Positions 49,511 through 59,233 of a DNA stretch of 64,000 bases are shown here, one piece after another. The notes beneath the pieces are model-generated. The model made no database searches and had not been told where the DNA came from. It saw only the letters and a list, made by a program, of their open reading frames with translations. The stretch is from Candidatus Poribacteria bacterium (lineage in GTDB: Bacteria > Poribacteria > WGA-4E > WGA-3G): NCBI GenBank assembly GCA_964291315.2, contig OZ219750.1:64001-128000 (forward strand), read 5' to 3'. The translations under genes and the position numbers were made by a program. Within the stretch, counting starts at the first letter, position 1; each line of letters starts with the position of its first letter.

Positions 49511-52500
49511 GTGCCAAAGATTAAAAATAAAGAGTTATCGGTTGTCAGCCATAGGCTGTCAGCAGCCCGTCAGATGCCGGTTGTTAAGAACCAGCTGTCG
49601 AGGGTTATTTTTCGAGTTTATGTCTGTCTTGCGGTTCTGATGCTGCCTGCTAATGTCTGGGCAGGTATCACGAGTTTATCACTTGACGCGAACGGTGATA
49701 AGGTTTTCAAGGGTGGGCAGGAGCAGTTAAATATTGTTTTTACGGTTGATCAAAATACTGCCGAGGGTGGAGATACCTATACAGTTACGGCGAATCAACA
49801 TTTGATTAGGCGTGGTACTGTAGCTGCGAACGGGTCAGTGCGTATCCGCTGGAACGGGCGTATTAACAACACGCGGCTCCCGGACGGGAGTTATACCATT
49901 AAGGTTACCCTCAGCAAAGAAGGTGGCACTGGGGAGATATTGGAAAGATCTGAGACGGCTATTTTAGATACAGAACCGCCGCGCATCTCTAGTATATTTG
50001 CTAATGAGAATTCTAGTTTGTTGCTTAGCGATGGTGGCTTTATTAATGTGCCGCTTCGTTCCATAACTGTAGTTCCTGAGGCAGATGTGGGGAGTCCGAT
50101 TGATTTCGCTGCTGCCCGGACGAATGTTGTTTTGAAGAATGATCGTGGTGTTGTGCGCGGTGGTACCCTCAATTACACGACACAACTGAACTTGAATTTG
50201 GGAAATCCTTTAGATATCCGTTCGGAAAATGGGCGTTATACGGTGACCGTCACCGTGGTAGATGAAGCGGGTAACTTCGTTGAAGACACAACGGAATTTA
50301 TTTTCGATAATGTGGCCCCGAGTTTAACGTCTGTGGCTGGCAGCAGTGGTGCAATATCTCCGGGTGCGAGTCTTAACGGGCGTTTGGATTTTGTTGAGGC
50401 GGTGCTTTCGGACAATTTAGAGAACGGTGTGAATCTTTCTAGTTCGACGATCCGTCTGACAGGGCCAGCGGGCGAAGTTTTTGGGAGTCAGACGTTTCTG
50501 GGAAGCGATAAGATTCGGTGGGTATTTCTATCGCCTTTATTAGCGAGAGATGGTCTTCATGATGGTGAGTATACCGTTGAAGTGATTGGAACGGATAAGG
50601 CGGGTAATCAGAGTAGTGCTGTCCGGGTTCCTTTTGTTTATGATAACCTTGTGCCAGAGCTCCTCACTTTAGGTCCGAGCCAAGATGAGGCTTTCAACCG
50701 GATAGGGGATACGATTTACCACAATCAACCGCTTACCCAGATTGTTGCCACCTTTAGCGATGGCGATTCTGGGGTTGGTATCGATTTTGAGAAGAATACT
50801 TGGATTCGGTTTAGCGCTGTTGGAGATGGGAATACGCGTCGGGTGCTTGCGGGCCGGAGCTTTGTAGATAAAAATAACGCGCGAGTTACGCATGTTTTGG
50901 AAGAGCCCTTGGTGAGTCAAGATGGCCGTTATAGGCTTGATGTGCAATTCGCTGATACATTGGGTAATATGGATAACGAAACGTTCCACTTTCTTTATGA
51001 CACTCAACTCCCGACCGTTGTGTCTACCTTTCCTGCAGCCAATCAGACCGTTGCTAATTTATCGCGGGTACAAGTGGTTCTGAATGAAGTGACGAGCGGT
51101 ATTGATTTCACTCAGAGTGTTTTCCGGTTGACGCGGTCTGTGGGGGGCAGCCAAACAGAGGTTTCTGTTAATATCACGAACAATGGAATGGACACTGCGA
51201 CTTTAACGGTGTTAGAGCCTATTGCTCTGGATGGTTCAGACAACGGTACGTATGCGATAGAAGTTACCCCGACTGATCGTGCTGGTAACATTGGTGCGTC
51301 TGCTCGGCGTGAGTTCTATCTCGTCAGTCAGAGCCAAGTTGAGGTGCGATTAACAACGCCTGAAGTCACGACTGTCAGTACTTTGGATAGCGTTGTGGTG
51401 GAGCTTGTGGGTTATATCGGTCCAGGTGTTAATCTTAATGGTTCAACGCTTACAGTCACAAATCCGCGGGGTGTTGTGGTTCCGGCGAGACGGGTTGAGA
51501 CGGATGCGGCGAATAACCTCTTAACGTGGAGTACGGATGCGGTAATTCCGCGCGATGGCACGGCAGATGGTGAATACACTATCGCTGCGACGTTCGTTGA
51601 TTTTGGTGGGAGGCGTTTTGTCCGCGAATTTCAGGTCGTTTTAGACACACAGTTTCCAGCGGTCGCGAGTGTCGAAGTTGCGACTGACCCGGAACGAGTA
51701 CTTTCGAGGGATAGGACTACAGATATCACTGTAGGCTTCTCGCAAATCACAGTGACTTTTGAAGAAGCTTTTCGCACAAATGATATTGACTTTTCGAATA
51801 CAAATGTTACGCTTACCGATCCGGATGGCGAGAGCATTCTTATCAACCGTTTCGATAACGGACGGACTGTTTTAACGTTGAATTTTCGGACTTTGACGCA
51901 GCCGGGTGAATATGTGCTTTCAATTGTGCCGATGGACTTAACAGGCAACCAAAGCACAGCTCCATTTGTCTACCGGTTTCGGATTGAAATTGCGCTGCCT
52001 ATTGTGAGTTCGGTTCTGATTGATGACAAGGCGGGTACGATTGTTTATGTCAACGGTGAGTCTACTGAAATCGTGGTTACTTTCGTGGATACGACGGGCG
52101 TTGGTTTAGATTTAGGTGCTGGCGGTTCAACGATCACTGTGACTAACGAGAGTAATCTTCCTGCTCCGGGGTTCACTACGTCGAGTGAAGAGAATCAATT
52201 GACGTGGGTTCCGATAGTGCTTCCGACTGATGGAAGTGCGGATGGACGTTACACGGTCACTGTTACGCCGAAAGATAAGGATGGTAGGCAAGGCGAGACC
52301 GTATATCGCCAGTTTATTTACGACACACAGGAACCGCGTGTAACTGCTGCGGTTCCGGTTGACTTGTCGCAATTTGTCTCGTATATCGGTGACAGACTGA
52401 CGCGGCTGCAGATATCTGTTGAAGATGTGGGTCCCGCGGGTTTGGTATTAGAAGAACAAAAAGTTACTATCCTTGATGCTGAGGGTGTGCCTGTGGCAGG

Positions 52501-55500
52501 AACGCTCACAACCGATAAGATAAACGAGCAGCTCTATTTCACTTTTGCGTCTCCTTTCCCACGGGATGGGAGCAAGGATGGGGAGTATCTGGTAGCGTTT
52601 TCTCTGATTGATAAATCGGGAAATCAGCTTGATGCCGAGCATAGATTCGTTTATGATTCACAAGTGCCGAAGTTAACGGGTGTCACGTTAAATACAGCTA
52701 TGCCGACTGAACTTCACCCGAACGAGGTTCCCGAGATTTTGGAGCCTATCAGTGGTATCGTGTTTAAATTTGAAGATACGACGCTTGTTGATTTTGCTAA
52801 TACCGTGATTCAGTTGGTTGGTCCTGATGAATCGGAGATTCTGCTTAACTTAGAAGACGATGGGACTTCTGAGGTAGTTGCGGATTTCTTAACGTTGACT
52901 CAGATTGGTTCGTATACCCTGTCTGTGACTCCTCAGGATATTGCGGGGAATGCGGCGTCGGGTGCGATACGTTACGAGTTTGTTTTGGATATATCGCCTC
53001 CCCGCGTCGGCGGTGTGGTTATCGGTGATCAAGAAGAGGGCGTTGCGTATGTAAATGCGAGCAACATGGTTATTGTTGCGCGTCTGCTTGATCCAACAGA
53101 AACCGGATTAGATTTTGGGAGTCAGCGTTCAACCATCCAAGTGCAAACGGCTGAGGGAACAGTGGTTCCGGGGCTTACCAGCAGTAATAGCGTGGATTTG
53201 ATTGGCTGGGAGCCGGCGGCATTCACATCTGACGGAAGCACGGATGGAAAATACAGCGTATATGTTGTGCCTGTTGACAAGGTTGGAAGGCAGGGGACTA
53301 CCGTCTATCGTGAGTTTGTCTACGATACGCAAGAACCACAGATAACTTCTGCGGAGCCTGTTGACTTAAGTCAGCCGGTTTCATATATCAGCGACAATCT
53401 GATGCAGTTTCACTTGAGCATAGAGGATGTTGGGCCTGCGGATCTGGAATTGTCGGATCAGAAAGTGAGCTTGCTTGATGCGGGTGGGACTTCGGTCCCG
53501 GCGCAATTGACTCACGATAGCAGCGGTGAGATATATCTTACGCTTGATGAACCGTTATCTCGCAATGGCAGTATGGACGGTGAGTATACTCTTCGTGTTG
53601 CGTTAGTGGATAAATCTGGGAACACTTTCAGTATTGAACATACTGTTGTTTATGATACACAAGCTCCGACGTTAGTGAGTACTGTGCCTGCTGATGGTGC
53701 TTTGGTTACTGCGGATCGGACGCAGGTGCTTGTAACGCTCAAAGATACTGGAGGTAGCGGTATAGATTGGAATGGAACTACGGTGACCTTAGTTGATCCG
53801 AATGGTTCGGAATTATCGGGTGAACTTGTCAGTGATTCGGTGGGGCAGTTAACGTTGAATACGAACCAGCTCATTGCGGATGGGAGATACATCATTCGTG
53901 TAAGAGCGGTTGATCGTGCTGGGAACGGAAGTGCGACTGTCTTTGAACGTAGTTTTTTACTTTCGAGACGTTTGCCTGTTCTGGTTTCGACTTCCCCGAA
54001 GACGGCCCCTGCAAATGAGGCGTTTAGCAATGCGGAGGTTGATCAGATAGAGGTGCTCATTGAGACAGATGATGAAAATCATCTCTCGACACTGCGACTC
54101 TTGAATGGTTCAGATCAACTGGTTGCCGGGCAGCAGCTGCGCGAATCTGATCGGTTGGTTTATGATCTTGTTCGTCCGCTTGCAGCGGATGGTTCGGATG
54201 ACGGTGTGTATACGATTGAGTTTACACCTATCAGTGCTTCTGGGCGCACGGGAGATGTTCAAAAACGCACCTTTACACACGATACAGAAGTGCCTGAAGT
54301 TGAGCCTGAAGCGATTAGTCTCGTTGTTGCCTCTGCTGATTCTAATAATTCGTTGACAGAGATTCATGTTAGTCCTACAGATGAAGAGTCGGGGATTGAT
54401 TGGGAAAACGTTGATTCGGAGTGGCTGACTCTTGAGCGTGTTTTGCCGAACCCGACTCAAATTGCGGGGCGTGTTGAGGATGACAACCAAGGCGTGCTTC
54501 GTTTTGTATTGACTGTACCTCTTGCGGATAATGGTTCGGCTGATGGTGAATACAAGATTGTTGTTACGCCTAAAGATCTAGCGGGAAACGGTGGTGTGTC
54601 TTATGAACAGGTTTTTACCTACGATACGAAACCGCCGATGATTGACGTGGGAACTCTGCTTCTCAATGATGCTGCCCTCCTTGTTGACATTGATGCGGTG
54701 GCGTATCCGACAGCGGTTTCTACGACGGGTGGGGTGATGATACAAGCGAATATGTTTGATACGGGCTTGGGTGTTAACCTTGCGCAGTCGAGTATCGTCA
54801 TCAGGGGTCCGGATGGTAGTGCGGTTTCGGGCAGTACACAGCAAAACGGTGTTGATACGATTGTCTTCAAATCTGACGGTTTGTCAATGCGAGGGCTTTA
54901 TCAAGTCGAGGTTGTAGGTGTGGGCAATGACTCCGAGTTGTTGGGGTTTGCGCCGTCAGATTCGATTACGACAGAATTTCTGTATGAAACGACTGTGCCG
55001 ACTGCTGCTGTAACAGCTGATGGGGGTGAGACCGAACTCACGGATAAGGCGCTTCCGTTGGAGGGGACAGCTTCGGATCCAAGCGGCACACAAAAGGTGG
55101 GTGAAACGGACATAATAGTGCCTGCATCGGGGGTATGGCTTGTTGAGATAGTAGGGACTGGTCCCGATAAGCAGCCCATTGATCCGGTACCTGCTGTTGA
55201 TGATAGTAGTGCGGAACAGGAACCGTGGAGTTTCTGGTCTCTTGACTTTCTCCCGACCCGTTCGGGTGAATACGACTTGGATGTTCGCGTCACTGATAAT
55301 GCTGGCAACACCGAGGTTTACGACATTGGAAAGTATACGATGTCGGTATCGCTCACGTTCCGGGATCCCACGTTTGGGTGGCCAAATCCGTTGAGAATTT
55401 CCAAAGGTGATGTGGCTTTCTTTTCGTTTGATGTCAATGTTCCGCGTGGAGACACTGTTAAACTTACCTTGAGTATCTATGATTGGAGTGGTGACATGGT

Positions 55501-55681
55501 TCTTTTGCAGACGTATCCGGATGTTGTATCGGGGCAGCGAAATGACCAGTTGGTGAAATGGAATTTAGAGAACCAAGCGGGTAATCGTGTTGCGCGCGGT
55601 CTCTATGTCTTCCGTTTAGAGGCGGTTAATGCGGCGGGGAATAGCGCGAACGCTGTTGGCAAAGTGCTTGTTGTTGACTAA
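49511..55681 (+). CDS. Giant secreted Ig-like repeat protein with a T9SS-like/FlgD-Ig C-terminal domain
   Basis: Signal peptide ending NVWA; about 16 ~110-aa units, each with GxY...D..GN...[FY]D[TN]..P; C-terminal WPNP...IYDWSG...WNLEN..G..VARGLY...KVLVVD; GTG start behind GGAGAG. Confidence 0.85.
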   Translation: MPKIKNKELSVVSHRLSAARQMPVVKNQLSRVIFRVYVCLAVLMLPANVWAGITSLSLDANGDKVFKGGQEQLNIVFTVDQNTAEGGDTYTVTANQHLIRRGTVAANGSVRIRWNGRINNTRLPDGSYTIKVTLSKEGGTGEILERSETAILDTEPPRISSIFANENSSLLLSDGGFINVPLRSITVVPEADVGSPIDFAAARTNVVLKNDRGVVRGGTLNYTTQLNLNLGNPLDIRSENGRYTVTVTVVDEAGNFVEDTTEFIFDNVAPSLTSVAGSSGAISPGASLNGRLDFVEAVLSDNLENGVNLSSSTIRLTGPAGEVFGSQTFLGSDKIRWVFLSPLLARDGLHDGEYTVEVIGTDKAGNQSSAVRVPFVYDNLVPELLTLGPSQDEAFNRIGDTIYHNQPLTQIVATFSDGDSGVGIDFEKNTWIRFSAVGDGNTRRVLAGRSFVDKNNARVTHVLEEPLVSQDGRYRLDVQFADTLGNMDNETFHFLYDTQLPTVVSTFPAANQTVANLSRVQVVLNEVTSGIDFTQSVFRLTRSVGGSQTEVSVNITNNGMDTATLTVLEPIALDGSDNGTYAIEVTPTDRAGNIGASARREFYLVSQSQVEVRLTTPEVTTVSTLDSVVVELVGYIGPGVNLNGSTLTVTNPRGVVVPARRVETDAANNLLTWSTDAVIPRDGTADGEYTIAATFVDFGGRRFVREFQVVLDTQFPAVASVEVATDPERVLSRDRTTDITVGFSQITVTFEEAFRTNDIDFSNTNVTLTDPDGESILINRFDNGRTVLTLNFRTLTQPGEYVLSIVPMDLTGNQSTAPFVYRFRIEIALPIVSSVLIDDKAGTIVYVNGESTEIVVTFVDTTGVGLDLGAGGSTITVTNESNLPAPGFTTSSEENQLTWVPIVLPTDGSADGRYTVTVTPKDKDGRQGETVYRQFIYDTQEPRVTAAVPVDLSQFVSYIGDRLTRLQISVEDVGPAGLVLEEQKVTILDAEGVPVAGTLTTDKINEQLYFTFASPFPRDGSKDGEYLVAFSLIDKSGNQLDAEHRFVYDSQVPKLTGVTLNTAMPTELHPNEVPEILEPISGIVFKFEDTTLVDFANTVIQLVGPDESEILLNLEDDGTSEVVADFLTLTQIGSYTLSVTPQDIAGNAASGAIRYEFVLDISPPRVGGVVIGDQEEGVAYVNASNMVIVARLLDPTETGLDFGSQRSTIQVQTAEGTVVPGLTSSNSVDLIGWEPAAFTSDGSTDGKYSVYVVPVDKVGRQGTTVYREFVYDTQEPQITSAEPVDLSQPVSYISDNLMQFHLSIEDVGPADLELSDQKVSLLDAGGTSVPAQLTHDSSGEIYLTLDEPLSRNGSMDGEYTLRVALVDKSGNTFSIEHTVVYDTQAPTLVSTVPADGALVTADRTQVLVTLKDTGGSGIDWNGTTVTLVDPNGSELSGELVSDSVGQLTLNTNQLIADGRYIIRVRAVDRAGNGSATVFERSFLLSRRLPVLVSTSPKTAPANEAFSNAEVDQIEVLIETDDENHLSTLRLLNGSDQLVAGQQLRESDRLVYDLVRPLAADGSDDGVYTIEFTPISASGRTGDVQKRTFTHDTEVPEVEPEAISLVVASADSNNSLTEIHVSPTDEESGIDWENVDSEWLTLERVLPNPTQIAGRVEDDNQGVLRFVLTVPLADNGSADGEYKIVVTPKDLAGNGGVSYEQVFTYDTKPPMIDVGTLLLNDAALLVDIDAVAYPTAVSTTGGVMIQANMFDTGLGVNLAQSSIVIRGPDGSAVSGSTQQNGVDTIVFKSDGLSMRGLYQVEVVGVGNDSELLGFAPSDSITTEFLYETTVPTAAVTADGGETELTDKALPLEGTASDPSGTQKVGETDIIVPASGVWLVEIVGTGPDKQPIDPVPAVDDSSAEQEPWSFWSLDFLPTRSGEYDLDVRVTDNAGNTEVYDIGKYTMSVSLTFRDPTFGWPNPLRISKGDVAFFSFDVNVPRGDTVKLTLSIYDWSGDMVLLQTYPDVVSGQRNDQLVKWNLENQAGNRVARGLYVFRLEAVNAAGNSANAVGKVLVVD

Positions 55682-55766
55682 GGAACGGCTTTTGGTGGAT
55701 AGCAGGTCGCGAGATGGACAGCGAACCGCGAATAGCCAATGTCAGAATCAGTAAGGAGAATGTATA

Positions 55767-56735
55767 ATGCAGAGAAGGGGAGCCGTTCTCATTTTAATGG
55801 TGTTTCTCATAACAGCTGCAGCTGCGTTGTGTGTCGATGCGGTTGATATCCACGATGGTGCGGGGACTGCAGGTGCTGCTTTCCTGAAAATTGAAGGTGG
55901 GAGTCGTCCTGTGGGGATGGGCGGTGCATTTGCGGGACTTGCCGATGATGTAAATACTATTTTTTGGAATCCTGCGGGTCTAACTGCGGTTGACGATCAG
56001 GAATTAACTGCGATGCAACACTTTTCGTTTGCGGATATTAATAATCAGTCTATCGGTTATGCGCAACGGTTGGATCGGTTTGTGTGGGGTGCAAGTTTCC
56101 TCGGCAGTTTCACAGAAATTGAGCGTCGCCAAGGTCCAACGGAGGATCCGGATAGTACTGTAACTGTCGGTGGGTTTGCAACAGGTTTATCTCTCGCTTA
56201 TCGGATCGGTTCAGCTGTATCTATTGGTGGTACGGCAAAGGTGATTTCAGAGCAACTGGATATTCAGAATGTCTACGGTGCTGCCGCGGATGTGGGTTTG
56301 ATCTTACGTTTGCTTGACGATCACCTCGGTATTGGTTTAGCTGTCCAAAACGCAGGCATCTTAGACGGTGAGGAGAGCTTACCGATGGCTCTCCGCGCGG
56401 GTCTGGCCTATAGAGCTTGGGAGGCGGCGGAGGGATCGATGCTGTCTGAGCGTGAAGTATGGGCGTTTGTGGTGGATGCGCATGTTCCGCTGATCGATAC
56501 ACATCCGAGTTTTCACATTGGTGCAGAACGTTGGTTCTACGAGAGTGTGGCGGCGCGTATCGGCTACCGCCTCGGTTCGAATGAAAATCCGAGTGACGGG
56601 TTGTCACTCGGTGTGGGTGTCCGGCGCAGCGGTGAGGACGTGTTCGAAAATATTGATTTCCAGTTTGACTACGCCTTTGTGCCGGATGCTTATGTGGGTA
56701 ATGCGCATCGTGTCTCTTTTATCACGCGGTTTTAG
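55767..56735 (+). CDS. PorV/PorQ-family (UPF0164-like) outer membrane beta-barrel
   Basis: AFLKIEGGSRPVGMGGAF...IFWNPAGL, D.GL, LP..LRAG, RIGY, FDYAF...G..HRVS, terminal Phe. Confidence 0.82.
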   Translation: MQRRGAVLILMVFLITAAAALCVDAVDIHDGAGTAGAAFLKIEGGSRPVGMGGAFAGLADDVNTIFWNPAGLTAVDDQELTAMQHFSFADINNQSIGYAQRLDRFVWGASFLGSFTEIERRQGPTEDPDSTVTVGGFATGLSLAYRIGSAVSIGGTAKVISEQLDIQNVYGAAADVGLILRLLDDHLGIGLAVQNAGILDGEESLPMALRAGLAYRAWEAAEGSMLSEREVWAFVVDAHVPLIDTHPSFHIGAERWFYESVAARIGYRLGSNENPSDGLSLGVGVRRSGEDVFENIDFQFDYAFVPDAYVGNAHRVSFITRF

Positions 56736-56742
56736 CGGGTAG

Positions 56743-57855
56743 CTAACTGCTTGCTTCAAGCATACGTTCAATTGGTGCGCGGGCTTTGTCGATGATCTCG
56801 GGACTGAGCGTAACCTCATATTCGCTGAGATCATTGCCTTGGTCGATGGCTTCGAGGATATTTTTAATCTTTCCGAGACTCACCTTTGCCATGTGTGAGC
56901 ATCGGATTGAGCATGCTGTCCAGAATTCGACTGCTGGAAATTCTTGTGCCAGATTTGAAGTGAGTTCACACTCCGAGGCGACGAAAGCGCGTTCCAGCTG
57001 CTTGGTTGCGACGCGCTCCGCGATGTCCTTCATAATCTGACTGGTGCTGCCGTAAAAATCTGCTTCTTGTAGGACATTTGGGCGGCATTCCCAGTGTGCG
57101 TATAGTTTCCGGTTCGGGTGTCCTTTTGGAATATCAAATGACTCACGCACGTTGAGAAGGTCTGTGAGAGTAAATTTCTCATGGACTTCACAGACAGCCC
57201 CGCGGGCGGTATTGTTTTTGCCGGGGTAGACGACGTTTTTCTCACCTTTCAACTCTTCCTCTAAGTTTTGTGCAAAGAAGATATCTGGTACAAAGATGAT
57301 TGTATCCCCTGGCAGCGTTTTTGCGATATGTGCTGCGTTTGCGGATGTACAGCAGATATCGGATTCTGCTTTTGCGTCGGCGTAGCTATTGACATAGATC
57401 ATCACTGGTGCTCCGGGGTAGAGGTTTTTCAACTTTCTGACCTCTTGTGCGCCGAAGTTATCGGCGAGGGAGCATCCTGCTGTTTTATCTGCGACTAATA
57501 CCGTCTTGTCAGGACTTAAGATTTTTGCGGTCTCTGCCATAAACGGTACCCCGTTGAATATTAAATAGGGCGTTTCTGCTTTCGCGGCATACATGCTCAG
57601 GCCGAGTGAGTCGCCTTGTTCCTCTTTTTCTGATAAGCCGAAAACGAGCGGTTCCATATAGTTGTGGCCGAGCATGACAACGTCATGCTTCAGCTTGAGG
57701 GTTCGTATTCTGTGGATTGTCTTGGCGTGTGCCTCTATATCGAGGAACGTTAAGCTTGGATGGTGTCGCTTGTATAATTCTTGTTTAACGTCCTCGATAG
57801 TGAGGTCGGTTGTACAATTAGGAGGAGGTTCTCCGTTAGAATGCATAACAGTCAT
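56743..57855 (-). CDS. nadA: Quinolinate synthase
   Basis: GHNYM, GDSLGLS, FMAETAKILSP, AGCSL, YVNS, TSAN, CEVH, HWEC, CSHM. Confidence 0.93.
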   Translation of the reverse strand: MTVMHSNGEPPPNCTTDLTIEDVKQELYKRHHPSLTFLDIEAHAKTIHRIRTLKLKHDVVMLGHNYMEPLVFGLSEKEEQGDSLGLSMYAAKAETPYLIFNGVPFMAETAKILSPDKTVLVADKTAGCSLADNFGAQEVRKLKNLYPGAPVMIYVNSYADAKAESDICCTSANAAHIAKTLPGDTIIFVPDIFFAQNLEEELKGEKNVVYPGKNNTARGAVCEVHEKFTLTDLLNVRESFDIPKGHPNRKLYAHWECRPNVLQEADFYGSTSQIMKDIAERVATKQLERAFVASECELTSNLAQEFPAVEFWTACSIRCSHMAKVSLGKIKNILEAIDQGNDLSEYEVTLSPEIIDKARAPIERMLEASS

Positions 57856-57935
57856 TTTGGCACGCTCCAGGTCATTTTTTATGGTTCCTATTAAGATACC
57901 CGAAAGCTGTCGTTTTTGTCAAGGTTAAGACACAA

Positions 57936-58487
57936 ATGAAAAATTTAAGTCAAATTTTCTGTGTTGAAAGAAAAAAGAGGTGTGTTTTCACACTTGCTCT
58001 ATGTCTCATGTGGGCGTTTGCTCCGGGAGTAGAGGCTATTTCGGTCAAATTGAGAGGGAAAATTGTGTTGGGTGCGGTTCTTTCAGGTTTGGCGTATGGC
58101 ACCCACGCTCTTATTAAACGCGACAGGCGGGCAGCGGAGCAGCTACAATTCCGGCTTGGCCCACCTGAGCGCGTTGTTGAATTTGAACGGGGATTCGATG
58201 TGTGGCGTATCGCCTACTATAGGAACGAGTGTTATCTGTTTCGGAACCACCGGTTCGTCGCGTCTGTGCCTTGTGCTGACGTGCGATCGGGAGGTGGAGA
58301 GAACACTCGTAGGAGTAGGCGGTGGTGTGCATGCAAGTTCACGTCGCCGTTTCTTATTGATACGCCCGTTTTAGCGTTCCCCAGGTGGTCGCGGCTTTGC
58401 CTTTTGCATTTACGGCGAGTCCCTCGATTTGTATTTTCCGGTCGTTATCGTTGGGGAGCCGGACGTTTGCTTGTGCGGGGTCGGTAG
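57936..58487 (+). CDS. Hypothetical exported/membrane protein; 3' end overlaps the convergent gene
   Basis: Signal-like N-terminus and LGPPERV segment; fills an otherwise empty ~400-nt gap. Confidence 0.45.
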   Translation: MKNLSQIFCVERKKRCVFTLALCLMWAFAPGVEAISVKLRGKIVLGAVLSGLAYGTHALIKRDRRAAEQLQFRLGPPERVVEFERGFDVWRIAYYRNECYLFRNHRFVASVPCADVRSGGGENTRRSRRWCACKFTSPFLIDTPVLAFPRWSRLCLLHLRRVPRFVFSGRYRWGAGRLLVRGR

Positions 58488-59028
58488 ATTTGAGATCTGT
58501 TGTCACGAAGATAGCGTCTATCATAGTGGCATCTTCGCGCACTCCGATCCGTAGGAAGGTTTCGCCGGCTGTGTCGAACTCCCATTCTCGGTCGAATGTG
58601 CCGCCGTCTAACCAGTGGTTGATGCGGTCCCAGTGCCAGTCGGCGCCTTGAGCGACGCCCCATCGGAATTCAGTGTTCTGGGTCTGTTGTGCGTCTTCGT
58701 CTGGGTCGGCGGGTTGCCATGTGACCCAGAAGGAGTCGCTGTTGCCGTCCCAGGCGGTGACGTGTCCCCAGAGGGCGTATTCCCCGGGTTCGGGGATGTT
58801 AATGACAAAATCGGCGTGTCCTGAGCCGCCGCCGCCAGTAGCAGCGGCTCCTTCCATCCAGATGAATTTTCCGTCAGAAGCGTTTTTATCCTCTCCGATA
58901 ATCATGGGTTCTACAATTTCTTGTGCGAGCTCTGCCTCGAGTGCGATTTCGACTTCGGCATTCAGCCTTGCGGTTCCATATAGGGTTGCTGTTAAGATCG
59001 TTAGGACCAAAATTATACTATATTTCAT
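58354..59028 (-). CDS. Secreted galactose-binding/CBM-like jellyroll protein with the C-terminal motif (paralog A)
   Basis: Signal peptide; LEAE, ASDGKFI, GEYALW, NSDSFWV, REDAT.ID; ends AVNAKGKAATTWGTLKRAYQ. Confidence 0.78.
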   Translation of the reverse strand: MKYSIILVLTILTATLYGTARLNAEVEIALEAELAQEIVEPMIIGEDKNASDGKFIWMEGAAATGGGGSGHADFVINIPEPGEYALWGHVTAWDGNSDSFWVTWQPADPDEDAQQTQNTEFRWGVAQGADWHWDRINHWLDGGTFDREWEFDTAGETFLRIGVREDATMIDAIFVTTDLKSTDPAQANVRLPNDNDRKIQIEGLAVNAKGKAATTWGTLKRAYQ

Positions 59029-59191
59029 GGTAGCTTTCCTTTCTGGTATAGGTATCAGTGATCATGTATCAGGGCATCGTGTGTAGCGCGACCTAATAAC
59101 GTGAGGCAGAACCTGCTCGGTTTTGCGAGGCTCTCTTTATCCAAAGATGAACCCAGTAATTATTCAAGCTCGCGTTCCTAGCGAGAGAGGT

Positions 59192-59215
59192 TCGGGGCGT
59201 CGTCGAACGCCCCGA
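59192..59215. terminator. GC-rich 9-bp hairpin between the paralogs
   Basis: TCGGGGCGT-CGTCGA-ACGCCCCGA, no U-tract. Confidence 0.4.
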
Positions 59216-59233
59216 TGCCTGATAGTGGGTTAA

